Notes under the pieces: model-generated
Databases searched by the model: none
Told to the model about the DNA's origin: nothing
Seen by the model: the letters and a program-made list of their open reading frames with translations, nothing else
Assembly: GCA_902580215.1 (NCBI GenBank)
Contig: CACHJT010000001.1
Location: 41,775 to 105,774, forward strand
Source of the DNA: an uncultured Candidatus Actinomarina sp.
GTDB taxonomy: Bacteria; Actinomycetota; Acidimicrobiia; Actinomarinales; Actinomarinaceae
DNA: 64,000 nucleotides
Reading direction: 5' to 3'
Part shown: piece by piece, positions 1 through 10,300 of the stretch
Numbering within the stretch: position 1 is the stretch's first letter
Layout: the number at the start of each line of letters is the position of its first letter
Made by a program: the position numbers and the translations under genes

Positions 1-523
1 TCAATGCTTCAGAAAGCTCTCTTGTAGCATTAGATGTTAACACAGTAAGATTATCATTCTTTGAAGTAATAGTTCCTAGCTCAGGAATACTTACTTGGTT
101 TTCAGCTAAAACTTCTAATAATAAAGCCTCAAATTCTTCATCTGATCTATCAATTTCATCTACGAGAAAAATAGATTTTTCATCAGATCTAAGAGATTGT
201 AGAATCGGTCTTTCAATCAAAAATTCTTCAGTAAATAAATTTTTAGAATCCTGTTCAGTTTGTATTGATAAAAGCTGTTTTTTATAATTCCATTCATAAA
301 GAGCCTTGTCTTCATCAATTCCTTCATGACATTGGAGTCGAATTAATTGCGTATTAAATATCTTTGAGAGAGTTTTTGCAAGGTAAGTTTTTCCAGTGCC
401 AGCAGGACCCTCTATCAAAATAGGTTTTTTCAAATACAATGAAGCGTTGACTATGTCAACTAATTCTTGGTCTGCAAAGTAACCGTTGTCTTCGAAATCT
501 TGTACAGTTAAATTTTTTTTCAT
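1..523 (-). CDS. MoxR-like AAA+ ATPase (partial, C-terminus beyond window start)
   Basis: Reverse-strand translation from ATG at 523-521 gives MKKNLTVQDFEDNGYFADQELV...IEGPAGTGKTYLAKT (Walker A) ...IFLVDEIDR (Walker B). The frame stays open to position 1. It is not in the ORF track because it is truncated. Confidence 0.6.
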   Translation of the reverse strand, partial: MKKNLTVQDFEDNGYFADQELVDIVNASLYLKKPILIEGPAGTGKTYLAKTLSKIFNTQLIRLQCHEGIDEDKALYEWNYKKQLLSIQTEQDSKNLFTEEFLIERPILQSLRSDEKSIFLVDEIDRSDEEFEALLLEVLAENQVSIPELGTITSKNDNLTVLTSNATRELSEAL

Positions 524-1761
524 CCTCTTACAGTACCCTCACCTGTAACTACATATCTTTCATTTGTTAACGCCTCTAACCCCATTGGGCCTCTTACATG
601 TAATTTTTGAGTACTAATTCCGATTTCAGAACCAAAACCAAACATTTCACCGTCAGTAAATCTTGTAGATGAATTTATAAATATAACTGAAGAATCTATA
701 GATTTAGCAAAAGTGTCTGCAACTTCCTTTGATTCAGTCAAAATTGCTTCAGTATGTCCAGATGAGTAGATTTTAATATGCTCAATTGCTTGATCAACAC
801 TGTCGACGACTTTTACTGCCAGTTTCAAATCTAAAAATTCAGTCTCATAATGTGATTCGTTAGCAAGATTTAGATTTGGAAAGTCTTCTTTTATTTTCTC
901 GTCTACAAATAGTTCAACTTCATTTTCTAATAATTCTTCAATTATCAAACTGCCCATATCTTGGTAAATCTGACTATTAATTAGCAAGGTCTCAAGAGCG
1001 TTACATACCCCTGGTCTTTGCACTTTAGAATTAATAACTATATCAATAATATGTTCTTTTTTTGCATCCTGATGTATGTACAAATGTACATTTCCATCTC
1101 CATCTAGGATAAATGGTACCTTGGAGTTGTCTACTAGTGTTTGTATTAGTCCCTTCCCTCCTCTTGGAACAATGAGATCAACAAATTCTGTGAGATTCAT
1201 AAATTCAATGGTGTCTTGACGATCTTTACTTTCTATTATCTGAAAAATATTTTTATTACAATTATTTAAAGATAGTGCATTTTGAAGAACTTCAAGAATA
1301 GCAATATTTGAGTCAAGACAATAGCTGGATCCTCTTAAAATTACAGCATTACCAGACTTTAGACAAAGACCTGAGACATCACTTGTAACATTAGGTCTTG
1401 CTTCATAAATAACTCCTATAACTCCAAAAGGTGAACGAATTTTTTTAATATGTAATCCTTCATCAGTTTTCCAACTGTCAGTAATATTTCCAACCGGATC
1501 TTCTAAGGGAATTATTTTGAGCAAGCCATTAGACATACCATTTATACGTTCTTCACTTAAAGATAATCGGTCAATTAAGGCAGGTGTTAAATCAAGATCC
1601 TTGGAATTTTTCAAATCTATTTTGTTAGCATCTAAAATTTTTTTTGAGTTTTTAAGCAATTCGTCAGCCATAGTCTGTAAAATTTGATTTTTTTTATCAG
1701 TGCTTAAAACTGCAATTTCTGCAGCAGCATCTTTTGCTTGTGTTCCTATTTGCTTAAGCAT
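520..1761 (-). CDS. proA: gamma-glutamyl phosphate reductase
   Basis: 413 aa. Aldehyde-dehydrogenase-like fold motifs and typical ProA length, immediately downstream of proB. Confidence 0.85.
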   Translation of the reverse strand: MLKQIGTQAKDAAAEIAVLSTDKKNQILQTMADELLKNSKKILDANKIDLKNSKDLDLTPALIDRLSLSEERINGMSNGLLKIIPLEDPVGNITDSWKTDEGLHIKKIRSPFGVIGVIYEARPNVTSDVSGLCLKSGNAVILRGSSYCLDSNIAILEVLQNALSLNNCNKNIFQIIESKDRQDTIEFMNLTEFVDLIVPRGGKGLIQTLVDNSKVPFILDGDGNVHLYIHQDAKKEHIIDIVINSKVQRPGVCNALETLLINSQIYQDMGSLIIEELLENEVELFVDEKIKEDFPNLNLANESHYETEFLDLKLAVKVVDSVDQAIEHIKIYSSGHTEAILTESKEVADTFAKSIDSSVIFINSSTRFTDGEMFGFGSEIGISTQKLHVRGPMGLEALTNERYVVTGEGTVRG

Positions 1762-1800
1762 ATTAAAAGGTTAATTAAGAATTTCCATTAGTAAAATTAT

Positions 1801-2847
1801 TTATAGAATAATTAAATCGTCTTTATGAATTAAAACACTACTTTCACCAACTGCAGAACTGTCAATTTTTGCAATACCCTTAGCGACAATTTTTTTATTA
1901 AAAACAATTGACAGTCCATCTCCAATTTTGAAAGAATTATCAAATCTAACAACTCCTTTTGATAAAAGTGAAGCATTCTTTAAAAGTGCACTAGCTGCAC
2001 CTTCATCAATATACACATTTGATATTGGAGCCATCCCATATGCAATCCAAAGCTTCCTAAGCCTAATTTTTTTATTTGAGGCAGTAATATAGGTTCCAAC
2101 CTTTTCATTTAAAATTGCTTTCGATAGATTAGATTTCGACCAAGAGATTATATGTGTTGGTATACCGGAAAAACCAGAAATTTGAGATGCCATAATTTTT
2201 GTTGAAAATCCTCCCATGCCTTCTCCAGTCTTTGAAAGAGGTATTAATTCATTAAGTTGATTGGAATCATATTCAATGTAATCTATTTTTTTTGCATCTT
2301 TATTTTTATCAGGATTGAAATTGTACAAACCCTCTTTATTAGTAATGATTATAAGTTTTTCTGCATTAACAATAATTGAGACTATTGCAGATAACCTATC
2401 ATTATCACCAAATTTTAGCTCTTCAGTCGCTACAACGTCATTTTCGTTAATTACTGGAATAATTCCCTGGGATAACAATTCATTTAATGCTTGTGTAGTA
2501 TTAACGAATTGCTCTCTATCATCAATCAAATTTTTGGTAATTAAAACTTGTGCAATATTCATTTTTTTATCTTTAAAAATTTTTTCATATTGATTAATCA
2601 ATTCAATTTGACCAACTGCTGATGCCACCTGAAGTCTTTTTAAGGATTTAGGTCTACTTTTATAATTTAATTTTGTTGCCCCAAGACCAACAGCGCCAGA
2701 GGTTACAATTACAAAATTAAATTGATTTTTATTTTCGATTATTAACTCGGCCAAGCTTTTCAATAAAGTTAAATCAACTTTATCATTCTTGATAATTGAA
2801 GTAGTTCCAATTTTTATTACTATGTTTTTTTTATTGTTTGTATTCAA
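1801..2847 (-). CDS. proB: glutamate 5-kinase
   Basis: 348 aa. Amino-acid kinase N-domain (IVIKIGTTSI...VTSGAVGLG) plus C-terminal PUA-like region. Sits between obg and proA as in many actinobacteria. Confidence 0.85.
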   Translation of the reverse strand: MNTNNKKNIVIKIGTTSIIKNDKVDLTLLKSLAELIIENKNQFNFVIVTSGAVGLGATKLNYKSRPKSLKRLQVASAVGQIELINQYEKIFKDKKMNIAQVLITKNLIDDREQFVNTTQALNELLSQGIIPVINENDVVATEELKFGDNDRLSAIVSIIVNAEKLIIITNKEGLYNFNPDKNKDAKKIDYIEYDSNQLNELIPLSKTGEGMGGFSTKIMASQISGFSGIPTHIISWSKSNLSKAILNEKVGTYITASNKKIRLRKLWIAYGMAPISNVYIDEGAASALLKNASLLSKGVVRFDNSFKIGDGLSIVFNKKIVAKGIAKIDSSAVGESSVLIHKDDLIIL

Positions 2848-4030
2848 ATTCTAAATTTCCTAACACAATTGTATCACCATCAATTGCACCCATTTCACTA
2901 ATTTCTCTTGAGAGAATAGATTTTTCGAATCTAATAAATATCTCATCTAGAACACTATCTTTGTTTCCAGAAATATTGATCATATTCGTTACTAATTCAC
3001 CAGAACAAATGAACTGATTTTCTATTTTTTCTATAAAGTAATCTTCTTGCTCTAAAACAATCTTGTGAAAATCAGAATAAATAAGTGGTAAGTCATCTTG
3101 AAATACATCCTGTATCCTGCTGACCAATTTATCAATTCCATGTTCATTTAAACAGGATATATTAAGATATTCCTCATTAGGTGTAGAGAGTTTATCTGAC
3201 TTATTTATAACTACAAGTTTTTTAATTGATTGATAATTTTCATCAAATTTAAAAAGTTCATCCTCAAGCATTGAAATTTGCGAATTTATATTAAATTTTT
3301 CATTTATTGGATCAATTAAATAAATTATAAATTTAGTATTTCTCAAATGTTTTAATACTCTCCTGCCCATTCCAACCCCGTCTGAAGCACCCTCTAATAA
3401 TCCAGGCAGATCACATATAGTTACCAATGATTCAGAATTATTTAAAACACCAATATTTGGACTAGTGGTTGTAAACTCATAATCACCAATTTTTGCCTTA
3501 GAGTTTGTCAATTTTTGAATTAATGTACTCTTGCCTGCATTAGGCAGTCCAACAATTGAAATGTCTGAATAAAGACTGTAACTTAATTTGACATCAAGTG
3601 ATTTTCTTTTTATTCCTTGTTCACAGATTTGTGGATTAGGATTTCGTTTTGAAATCAATTCATAATTTCCTCTACCGCCTTTTGAACCTGTAATTAATTC
3701 ATAAGAAGAGTTATAGTCATGAAGGTCAGCATACATTTCATTATCAATAAACACTTGTGTACCTTTTGGTACTTCTATAATCAGATTTTCACCTGAGGTT
3801 CCATTTTGAAAATTTTTGTTACCTGGTCCACCATTTTCAGCTTTAAGAGAACTATTCGACATTATGTGAGATAAATCAGGCAACTCTTTATTAACCTGTA
3901 ATATGACACTGCCACCATCTCCACCTGATCCACCAGATGGTTTAGTTTTAGAGTTTAAATTATTGAAACTAACAGAGCCTGGGCCTCCAGCTCCAGAGGA
4001 AACTGAAAGCTTGATTTCATCAACGAACAT
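2831..4030 (-). CDS. obg: GTPase Obg
   Basis: Glycine-rich Obg fold at the N-terminus (SGAGGPGSVSF...GGSGGDGGS). G-domain motifs GLPNAGKST and DLPGL. Position after rpmA. Confidence 0.85.
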   Translation of the reverse strand: MFVDEIKLSVSSGAGGPGSVSFNNLNSKTKPSGGSGGDGGSVILQVNKELPDLSHIMSNSSLKAENGGPGNKNFQNGTSGENLIIEVPKGTQVFIDNEMYADLHDYNSSYELITGSKGGRGNYELISKRNPNPQICEQGIKRKSLDVKLSYSLYSDISIVGLPNAGKSTLIQKLTNSKAKIGDYEFTTTSPNIGVLNNSESLVTICDLPGLLEGASDGVGMGRRVLKHLRNTKFIIYLIDPINEKFNINSQISMLEDELFKFDENYQSIKKLVVINKSDKLSTPNEEYLNISCLNEHGIDKLVSRIQDVFQDDLPLIYSDFHKIVLEQEDYFIEKIENQFICSGELVTNMINISGNKDSVLDEIFIRFEKSILSREISEMGAIDGDTIVLGNLEFEYKQ

Positions 4031-4034
4031 TGGC

Positions 4035-4286
4035 TCATTTTGGAATTACATTAACTAATTTTCTACCATTTCTAGTAGAAAATTTTACAACACCATCTAT
4101 TTTTGCAAAGAGTGTGTCATCTCCACCTTTGGATACATTTTCCCCTGGATGAATTTTTGTACCTCTTTGTCTAACTACAATCGAACCAGCAGATATATTT
4201 TCGCCGTCATAAACTTTAGTACCAAGACGCTTGGACTCTGAATCTCTACCATTCCTGGTTGAGCCACCAGCTTTTGTTTTTGACAT
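4035..4286 (-). CDS. rpmA: 50S ribosomal protein L27
   Basis: 83 aa; [22 protein letters not shown] is the L27 signature. Confidence 0.9.
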   Translation of the reverse strand: MSKTKAGGSTRNGRDSESKRLGTKVYDGENISAGSIVVRQRGTKIHPGENVSKGGDDTLFAKIDGVVKFSTRNGRKLVNVIPK

Positions 4287-4612
4287 TATTCCTCCTCAGC
4301 GCTTTCAAGTCCTTGAATACTCTTAACTTTAACAATTTTTGAGTTTTCTCTATATCCAACTCTTCTTCTGTTTCCAGTTTTGTTTTTATATTGAAAAATG
4401 TTAATTTTTTTAGACTTTGAAGCAGAAAGATGCTCCAGCTCAACTTTATAGTTTTTTAGTTCTTTGTCATCTACAACAATTTGACCTTTTCTAGTACTGA
4501 CTAATATGGGAACAACAGTTTTTTCTTCAAAAGAAGATGAAACAGAAAACTCATCCCCAACACTTACTCTCTCTTGAGATGATCCAACTTTAATAACAGC
4601 ATATTTACTCAT
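4286..4612 (-). CDS. rplU: 50S ribosomal protein L21
   Basis: 108 aa; [20 protein letters not shown] is L21-like, upstream of rpmA. Confidence 0.85.
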   Translation of the reverse strand: MSKYAVIKVGSSQERVSVGDEFSVSSSFEEKTVVPILVSTRKGQIVVDDKELKNYKVELEHLSASKSKKINIFQYKNKTGNRRRVGYRENSKIVKVKSIQGLESAEEE

Positions 4613-4619
4613 AACTCAT

Positions 4620-6086
4620 TCACTCTACTACAGCCTCGGACTCAATCAAGCCTTCTTCTATACTTTTGTTTGCAAAAATATCATTAATTATTAGACCCCT
4701 ACCACTACATTTTTCACATTCTTCTGAAAAACTCTCAACAAGACCTGCTGCCACATTCTTTCTGGTCATTTCTACTAATCCAAGTCTGGATATTTCAAAT
4801 ACCTGTGTTCTAGTCTTGTCTTTAGCTAATTCCTGCTTAAATCTATTTAAAAGACTTTGTTGTTTTTTGATTGACTCCATATCTATAAAATCTATAACTA
4901 TAATTCCACCAATATCCCGAAGTCTTAACTGTCTGGCAATTTCTTCAGCAGCTTCTAAATTATTTTCATACACAGTTTCCTCAAGACTGTTTTTTCCAAC
5001 AAATTTTCCAGTATTTACATCAATAACGGTTAGTGCTTCTGTTCTGTCAATAATAAGATGCCCACCAGATGGCAACCAAACTTTCCTATCTAACGCCTTT
5101 TTTATTTGGTCTTCAATATGGTATCTTTCAAACAACATTAGTTCATCTTGGTAAAAGTCCACAATATCGCTTATTTCAGGAGAAGTAGCAGAAACATAAT
5201 TTTTGATTTCATCAAATTGATCTTTTCTGTCAATTAAAAGCTTTTTAAATGTTGTGTTAAGGTGTTCTCTTATTACTTTTATAGAAACATCTGGCTCTTG
5301 ATGAATTAATTTTGGAGCATCACCACTTTTGTAATTACTAACAACCTCCCATTCTTCTACAAGTTTTTCTATATCTACTTGTAATGCTTTTTCACTCACG
5401 CCTTCGGCAGCAGTCCTAACAATAACACCAAAATTTTCAGGTTTAAGTTTACGAATAATTCTGTCTAGCCTACTTCTCTCATTATCAGATAGTCTTCTAG
5501 AGATACCCTTTGTTCTAGAGTTTGGAATTAATACTAAATATCTTCCTGGAAGTGAGATTTGGCCAGTTAACCTTGCCCCCTTTTCCCCCATAGCATCTTT
5601 AACTACTTGAACTAAAATTTCTTGATCGGGTTTTAGTAAGTTTTCAATTTTTGAATTTTTATGAGAACCCTCTATATCAGCTACGTACAACACACCATTT
5701 TTTTCTTCACCAAAAGAAACAAATGCTGCTTCCATTCCAGGTAAAACATTTTTAACTTTTCCTAGGTAAATATTTCCGACTTTAGACTTATCGTTATTTT
5801 CTGATGTGTAATACTGAACCAGGGTTGGCCCTTCAAGAATAGCGACCTTTGACACACCATCTTTGGAGCTTATAAGCATCTGCTTTTTTTCAACTTCTGG
5901 AACTGGTAATGGTTGTTCTCTAAACCAAGTTGGATTCTTATCTTTAAAATCCTTATTTTTTTGAGTACCTGAGCGAGTAGTCCCAGATTTTATTTTTACT
6001 TTTTGGCCATTAAACCATTTAGTTTTTGTGTTGTCCAAATTGTCGCTTTTGCGAACAATCTTTGACTTTTTGAACATACCAAACAT
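4620..6086 (-). CDS. ribonuclease E/G family endoribonuclease (short form)
   Basis: 488 aa with S1 domain and RNase E/G catalytic-core motifs (e.g. VIDFIDM). Conserved position upstream of rplU-rpmA-obg. Confidence 0.75.
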   Translation of the reverse strand: MFGMFKKSKIVRKSDNLDNTKTKWFNGQKVKIKSGTTRSGTQKNKDFKDKNPTWFREQPLPVPEVEKKQMLISSKDGVSKVAILEGPTLVQYYTSENNDKSKVGNIYLGKVKNVLPGMEAAFVSFGEEKNGVLYVADIEGSHKNSKIENLLKPDQEILVQVVKDAMGEKGARLTGQISLPGRYLVLIPNSRTKGISRRLSDNERSRLDRIIRKLKPENFGVIVRTAAEGVSEKALQVDIEKLVEEWEVVSNYKSGDAPKLIHQEPDVSIKVIREHLNTTFKKLLIDRKDQFDEIKNYVSATSPEISDIVDFYQDELMLFERYHIEDQIKKALDRKVWLPSGGHLIIDRTEALTVIDVNTGKFVGKNSLEETVYENNLEAAEEIARQLRLRDIGGIIVIDFIDMESIKKQQSLLNRFKQELAKDKTRTQVFEISRLGLVEMTRKNVAAGLVESFSEECEKCSGRGLIINDIFANKSIEEGLIESEAVVE

Positions 6087-6148
6087 TAAAACCTCCGAGA
6101 TGACGAATATATAAATTTAACATGAGTTAAGAATACTAGATTTAAAAA

Positions 6149-7231
6149 TTAAACAACTATGTTGTTTTCTATGAAAACTCTATTGATCAATCCAAATATT
6201 ATTGCAGTTGAAAATATTGATGATCCTCCAAGGCTTAGAAGTGGAAAAGGTATTCCAGTCAAGGGAATAAAGCCAAGAATAGTTAACAAATTTATAAATA
6301 TTTGCACACCTAAGAGAATTAGTAAACCTGCAAGGAGATATTTTTCAAATTCAATTTGAGTAAGTTTAATTATTTTATTTACCCTAATGAAAAATAGGAT
6401 CCATAGAGATAGGAGCAATAAACCTCCAAAAAATCCAAAGTTTCTTGAATAAAGAGAAAAAATAAAATCCGTAGTTTGCACAGGTACAAAAACTTCAGTT
6501 ATTTGTGAATTAGTAAAATAAGTTCCAAACAAACCTCCTGATGAGATTGAAAGTCTGCTTTGCTTTTGCGAAAAGTCATCGCCAGAAAAGAAATCTGTAA
6601 TTCTTGATATTTGATAATCACCTATAAAGTTCATTTCTAAAAGAATAAAAAACAGAAGAAAAAGTGTTAACAACCCTAAAACAGCACTCCTTAGTTTGAC
6701 ATCAGACATAAAAAACATGAAAGAAGTGACTATTAAAAGTAGCATGGTTGTTCCTAAATCAGGTTGTATAAAAATTAAAAGTAGATTAACTAGAACCCCC
6801 ATTAGAGCAATAAACTTATAAGACTTTTGGCTGAGTATTCTTGCTAAGAACAAAACTAAGATAATTTTGCTAAATTCTGATGGCTGAATAAAAATTGGTA
6901 ATCCGATTGGTTCTAAATCGTACCACCGTCTTACACCAAGTATTGGTGTTGTGAAAAGTAAGCCAAATAAAACAGAAATAGAAAGTATAAATAATGAATT
7001 TATTAAATTATATAAGTTCTCAATTGAAAGGTATGTCGTCAAGAAAAATACAAATAACCCTATTAAAGAAAATACTATTTGTCTTGTTAATATATTGCTT
7101 GATTCAAACTCAATTGACCCAATTGAGCTGAATAGCGTAAACCATGAAATGACACTAAATAACATAAATTGAAGCAGAATGTATAAATTTGTTCCTTCTG
7201 GACCTAATATTGTAATTTTTCGATTTATCAT
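6149..7231 (-). CDS. rodA: rod-shape/peptidoglycan glycosyltransferase, FtsW/RodA/SpoVE (SEDS) family
   Basis: 360-aa polytopic membrane protein overlapping mrdA by 4 nt. The mrdA-rodA pairing gives the RodA assignment. Confidence 0.75.
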   Translation of the reverse strand: MINRKITILGPEGTNLYILLQFMLFSVISWFTLFSSIGSIEFESSNILTRQIVFSLIGLFVFFLTTYLSIENLYNLINSLFILSISVLFGLLFTTPILGVRRWYDLEPIGLPIFIQPSEFSKIILVLFLARILSQKSYKFIALMGVLVNLLLIFIQPDLGTTMLLLIVTSFMFFMSDVKLRSAVLGLLTLFLLFFILLEMNFIGDYQISRITDFFSGDDFSQKQSRLSISSGGLFGTYFTNSQITEVFVPVQTTDFIFSLYSRNFGFFGGLLLLSLWILFFIRVNKIIKLTQIEFEKYLLAGLLILLGVQIFINLLTILGFIPLTGIPFPLLSLGGSSIFSTAIIFGLINRVFIENNIVV

Positions 7232-9066
7232 TCTGTAATTTCACCAAATTCCACTGGAGTTAGTTCGTATTCACGTAAATGCTGAATAATTCTTCTGGAG
7301 ACTGGTGCAGCAACTGCACTTCCAGATCCGCCCTCGTCGACAACTGTAGCAATAATATATTTTGGATTACTTATGGAATCAACTCCAACAAACCAAGAAG
7401 TATTATTTTTGTCACCAGCATTTTGTGCTGTTCCTGTTTTTCCACCAATATCATTTACTTTGTTTCCCAATATACTGAATGAAACATAAGCTGTTCCACC
7501 TTTATTAGTAACTGTGTTTAAGTCATTTAAAAGAAACGAAATAAATTCATCACTCACATTTATTTTGTTATTTATGATTTTTTCTGCATTTAGGTTTAAA
7601 GTCGGTGATAAGTTTTCTCCAGTTAACAAAGTTCTATATGCATTTGCAACCTGAAGAGGAGTGGTCGTTATAGCTCCCTGACCAATGATTAAATTCATCA
7701 AATCTCCACCCAACCAACCCTCTTCTCTCACAAGGCCAGGTCTAGATATCTTCCATTCTTCAAAAAGATTTCTATCAGGAATGATTCCAACCTTTTCAAA
7801 TGGTAAGTCAACATTTGTTTTCTCACTAAAGCCTAGTTCTTTAGAATACTCCTGAAGAATAGACTCTCCTTCTGTATTACCAAAATTTCTCCATATATTT
7901 AAAGCTATGTCCCAAAAGTACACATTGCATGACTGTTTAATTGCATCGGTGAGATCTACTTTTCCATGGCCCTCAAGTTTCCAGTCGTTATAGACTTGCT
8001 GAGACCCATCGTCGAATCCAAATGATAGGCTTCCATCACAATCAACTTTTGAATCTTTGTTGTTCAAGCCCTTAGGAAATATATTTTCACTAAGTGCTAA
8101 CCAGTAAGCAACGACTTTAAATACTGAACCTGGAGGATAAAGGCCTTGGATTGCAAAATTATTAAAAGCTTGATCTCTATCGAGTTGTTTATATTCAAAG
8201 TCACTTATGCCAGATACAAACTTATTAGGATTAAAATCAGGTAAAGAAACCATGGAAATAATATTCCCAGTTTCAATATCTAAAACAACAGATGCACCTC
8301 TTTTAATTTCATTTATTGACTCAAAACTCTTATTTGCTAAATTTATACCCTGTTGCAATGATTCTTTTGTAACTAGTTGAGTTAAAGAATCAATTGATAA
8401 AAATAAATCTCTACCTGGGATAGGTTGTTTTGAGTCTATAATCTCAGATCCAAAAAAAATTAATTCACCTGGAATTCCAGATAAATAGTCTTCGTAATGT
8501 CTTTCTAATCCATTTTTGCCAACCTGATTATTTCCTGATGCATTTTGAAAATTATTAAACTCATCTTGATTTGGTATTCCTAAATATCCAATAGTGTGAG
8601 CAAAAAGTTCATTTTTAATGTAGTTTCTTATTGGTAAATCAATAATTAAAAAAGCATCAAAATTAGTTAATAGATTATTTCTAACCTCATATTCAACAGA
8701 AGAGAGGTTTATAACAAATTGTAAAATTTCCTTACTTTCAAATATTTCATTAATTTCTCTGTTTGTTAAATCTGGAAAATTATATTGAATAATTTGTCTG
8801 TAGTCAGAGGAGTTCTCATTAGTTATTTTTCTCATGTTTATAAATAAATGAGGTTCTAATTTTGTCTCAGCTATTTTTTCTCCATTTGCATCAAATATTT
8901 CCCCTCTTGGTGCTGTAATGTAAAATATATCTAAATTCTGCTGGTCAACAATTTCAGACGTCGACTGAAATTCGGTTGTTTGAAGTTGAAAGATATCAAA
9001 CAAAATAAAAGCCAATAAAATAAAAAAGGCAATAAATGTAAATTTAAGTCTTATGTGATTAAACAT
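7228..9066 (-). CDS. mrdA: penicillin-binding protein 2 (transpeptidase)
   Basis: 612 aa. SxxK (GSVFK), SxN (SCN) and KTG (GGKTGTA) motifs. Located between mreD and rodA. Confidence 0.8.
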   Translation of the reverse strand: MFNHIRLKFTFIAFFILLAFILFDIFQLQTTEFQSTSEIVDQQNLDIFYITAPRGEIFDANGEKIAETKLEPHLFINMRKITNENSSDYRQIIQYNFPDLTNREINEIFESKEILQFVINLSSVEYEVRNNLLTNFDAFLIIDLPIRNYIKNELFAHTIGYLGIPNQDEFNNFQNASGNNQVGKNGLERHYEDYLSGIPGELIFFGSEIIDSKQPIPGRDLFLSIDSLTQLVTKESLQQGINLANKSFESINEIKRGASVVLDIETGNIISMVSLPDFNPNKFVSGISDFEYKQLDRDQAFNNFAIQGLYPPGSVFKVVAYWLALSENIFPKGLNNKDSKVDCDGSLSFGFDDGSQQVYNDWKLEGHGKVDLTDAIKQSCNVYFWDIALNIWRNFGNTEGESILQEYSKELGFSEKTNVDLPFEKVGIIPDRNLFEEWKISRPGLVREEGWLGGDLMNLIIGQGAITTTPLQVANAYRTLLTGENLSPTLNLNAEKIINNKINVSDEFISFLLNDLNTVTNKGGTAYVSFSILGNKVNDIGGKTGTAQNAGDKNNTSWFVGVDSISNPKYIIATVVDEGGSGSAVAAPVSRRIIQHLREYELTPVEFGEITE

Positions 9067-9511
9067 TGTTTCTTAAAGCTCTTTTTAATGAGATAAAAAT
9101 TAATGAATTTACAATAATAGAAGTGATATAACCTGTTAACCAATAATCCAAATCAAACTCTAAGATAATGGGAATTTTATAAATTAATAAACATATTGAA
9201 AAAGTAGTTATATATATTACATTTGATCGCCTGTATCTTGTTACTAGAAAATTAGACAAAACAACTACAACTAAAAATATTGATGTATATAGACCTAAAT
9301 AGTAAGTACTAAAGAAAGAGTCGTACAAGATTCCTGTTAAGAATATTGGAATAACAAAATTTTGATTAAATAATTCAGTGCCAATATATAAAAGAGAAAT
9401 TAAGAACAAATAAACTCCGAAATCTAAAGAAATAAATGTGTTCAGATAATTTTCGAACAAACAAATTATAAAAAGAAAAGTAGATAATGAAATTAGTCTT
9501 ATTACTTTCAT
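9059..9511 (-). CDS. mreD: rod shape-determining protein MreD (small polytopic membrane protein)
   Basis: 150-aa hydrophobic protein overlapping mreC and mrdA. Assigned by position in mreBCD. Confidence 0.55.
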   Translation of the reverse strand: MKVIRLISLSTFLFIICLFENYLNTFISLDFGVYLFLISLLYIGTELFNQNFVIPIFLTGILYDSFFSTYYLGLYTSIFLVVVVLSNFLVTRYRRSNVIYITTFSICLLIYKIPIILEFDLDYWLTGYITSIIVNSLIFISLKRALRNNV

Positions 9512-10299
9512 TTACTTTTAGGGATGAATAATTTACTTTGGAAAGTTAGCATTTCCTCTATTGGGACTATCACTGTAATTTTGTTATTTAGCTCTGTTTG
9601 CTCATAAGGTTCTAAATCAAAGAGTGGAAACTTATTTAAATGTCCAAAGGTAATATCTGAATATAACATTCCAACTTTTGAATTCAGTGTTGATTCTAAA
9701 GAGCTAAATATTAACTCTTTACCATTTGAATTCACCTCAAAAATGTTGTTGTCTTTATCTAATGCTCTAAAGTTAAAAGTTGTAGAATTGAATGATTCAA
9801 GTATTGAATAATCATTAAATACTTCTCCTAGATAACCAACTACATATCCTTTCTCATTTATCACAAGATCCCCGGGCTCAAAATTGTAGTCCCTTCCCCC
9901 TGAAATTAGATATTCGTCTGTCGAGTTTTTTAAAATTAAGCTTGTTGCATAGTATGTTAATTCAAAGTCACTAATATTTTTTATAAGAAGGTCATAAGAC
10001 TCAATATTATCTTGTAATTCTTGATTCTCTACATACAACACTCTCAAATTAGAAAGCTCTTCTTTTAATCTTATATTTTCTGCGACTAAATCCGCTCTAC
10101 TTGAAGATAAGCTAGAAAATTCATTTTGCAGTAATCTATCAGGTATTTGGAAATTGGAAATTAAATTCACTTGTTTTGGGATAAAATTTGATAATGTTTT
10201 ATTAGAAAAATAGTCAACAGCACTTAATAAACCTGAAAGAAAAATAAAAAGAAAATAAACTACATATTTTCTTATACCAACAATTTGAGTATTTTGCAT
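9508..10299 (-). CDS. mreC: rod shape-determining protein MreC
   Basis: 263 aa with N-terminal TM segment, coiled-coil region and beta-rich C-terminus. Follows mreB. Confidence 0.65.
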   Translation of the reverse strand: MQNTQIVGIRKYVVYFLFIFLSGLLSAVDYFSNKTLSNFIPKQVNLISNFQIPDRLLQNEFSSLSSSRADLVAENIRLKEELSNLRVLYVENQELQDNIESYDLLIKNISDFELTYYATSLILKNSTDEYLISGGRDYNFEPGDLVINEKGYVVGYLGEVFNDYSILESFNSTTFNFRALDKDNNIFEVNSNGKELIFSSLESTLNSKVGMLYSDITFGHLNKFPLFDLEPYEQTELNNKITVIVPIEEMLTFQSKLFIPKSK

Positions 10300-10300
10300 A

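Noticed and set aside
2315-2593. 92-aa plus-strand ORF inside proB
   Set aside because: It is antisense to a well-supported gene, low-complexity and hydrophobic, and typical of AT-rich antisense frames. The same reasoning applies to the other short ORF-track entries nested in valS, clpX, acs, acn, UPF0182, livM, htrA, sdhA, mdh/icd and sucC (e.g. 13474-13671, 14204-14542, 16361-16567, 20516-20716, 26773-27225, 27466-27888, 42987-43223, 47961-48290, 53332-53730, 57446-57640, 60016-60324, 63201-63539).
4246-4443. 65-aa minus-strand ORF overlapping rplU
   Set aside because: It overlaps the conserved L21 reading frame in another frame and has no supporting motif.
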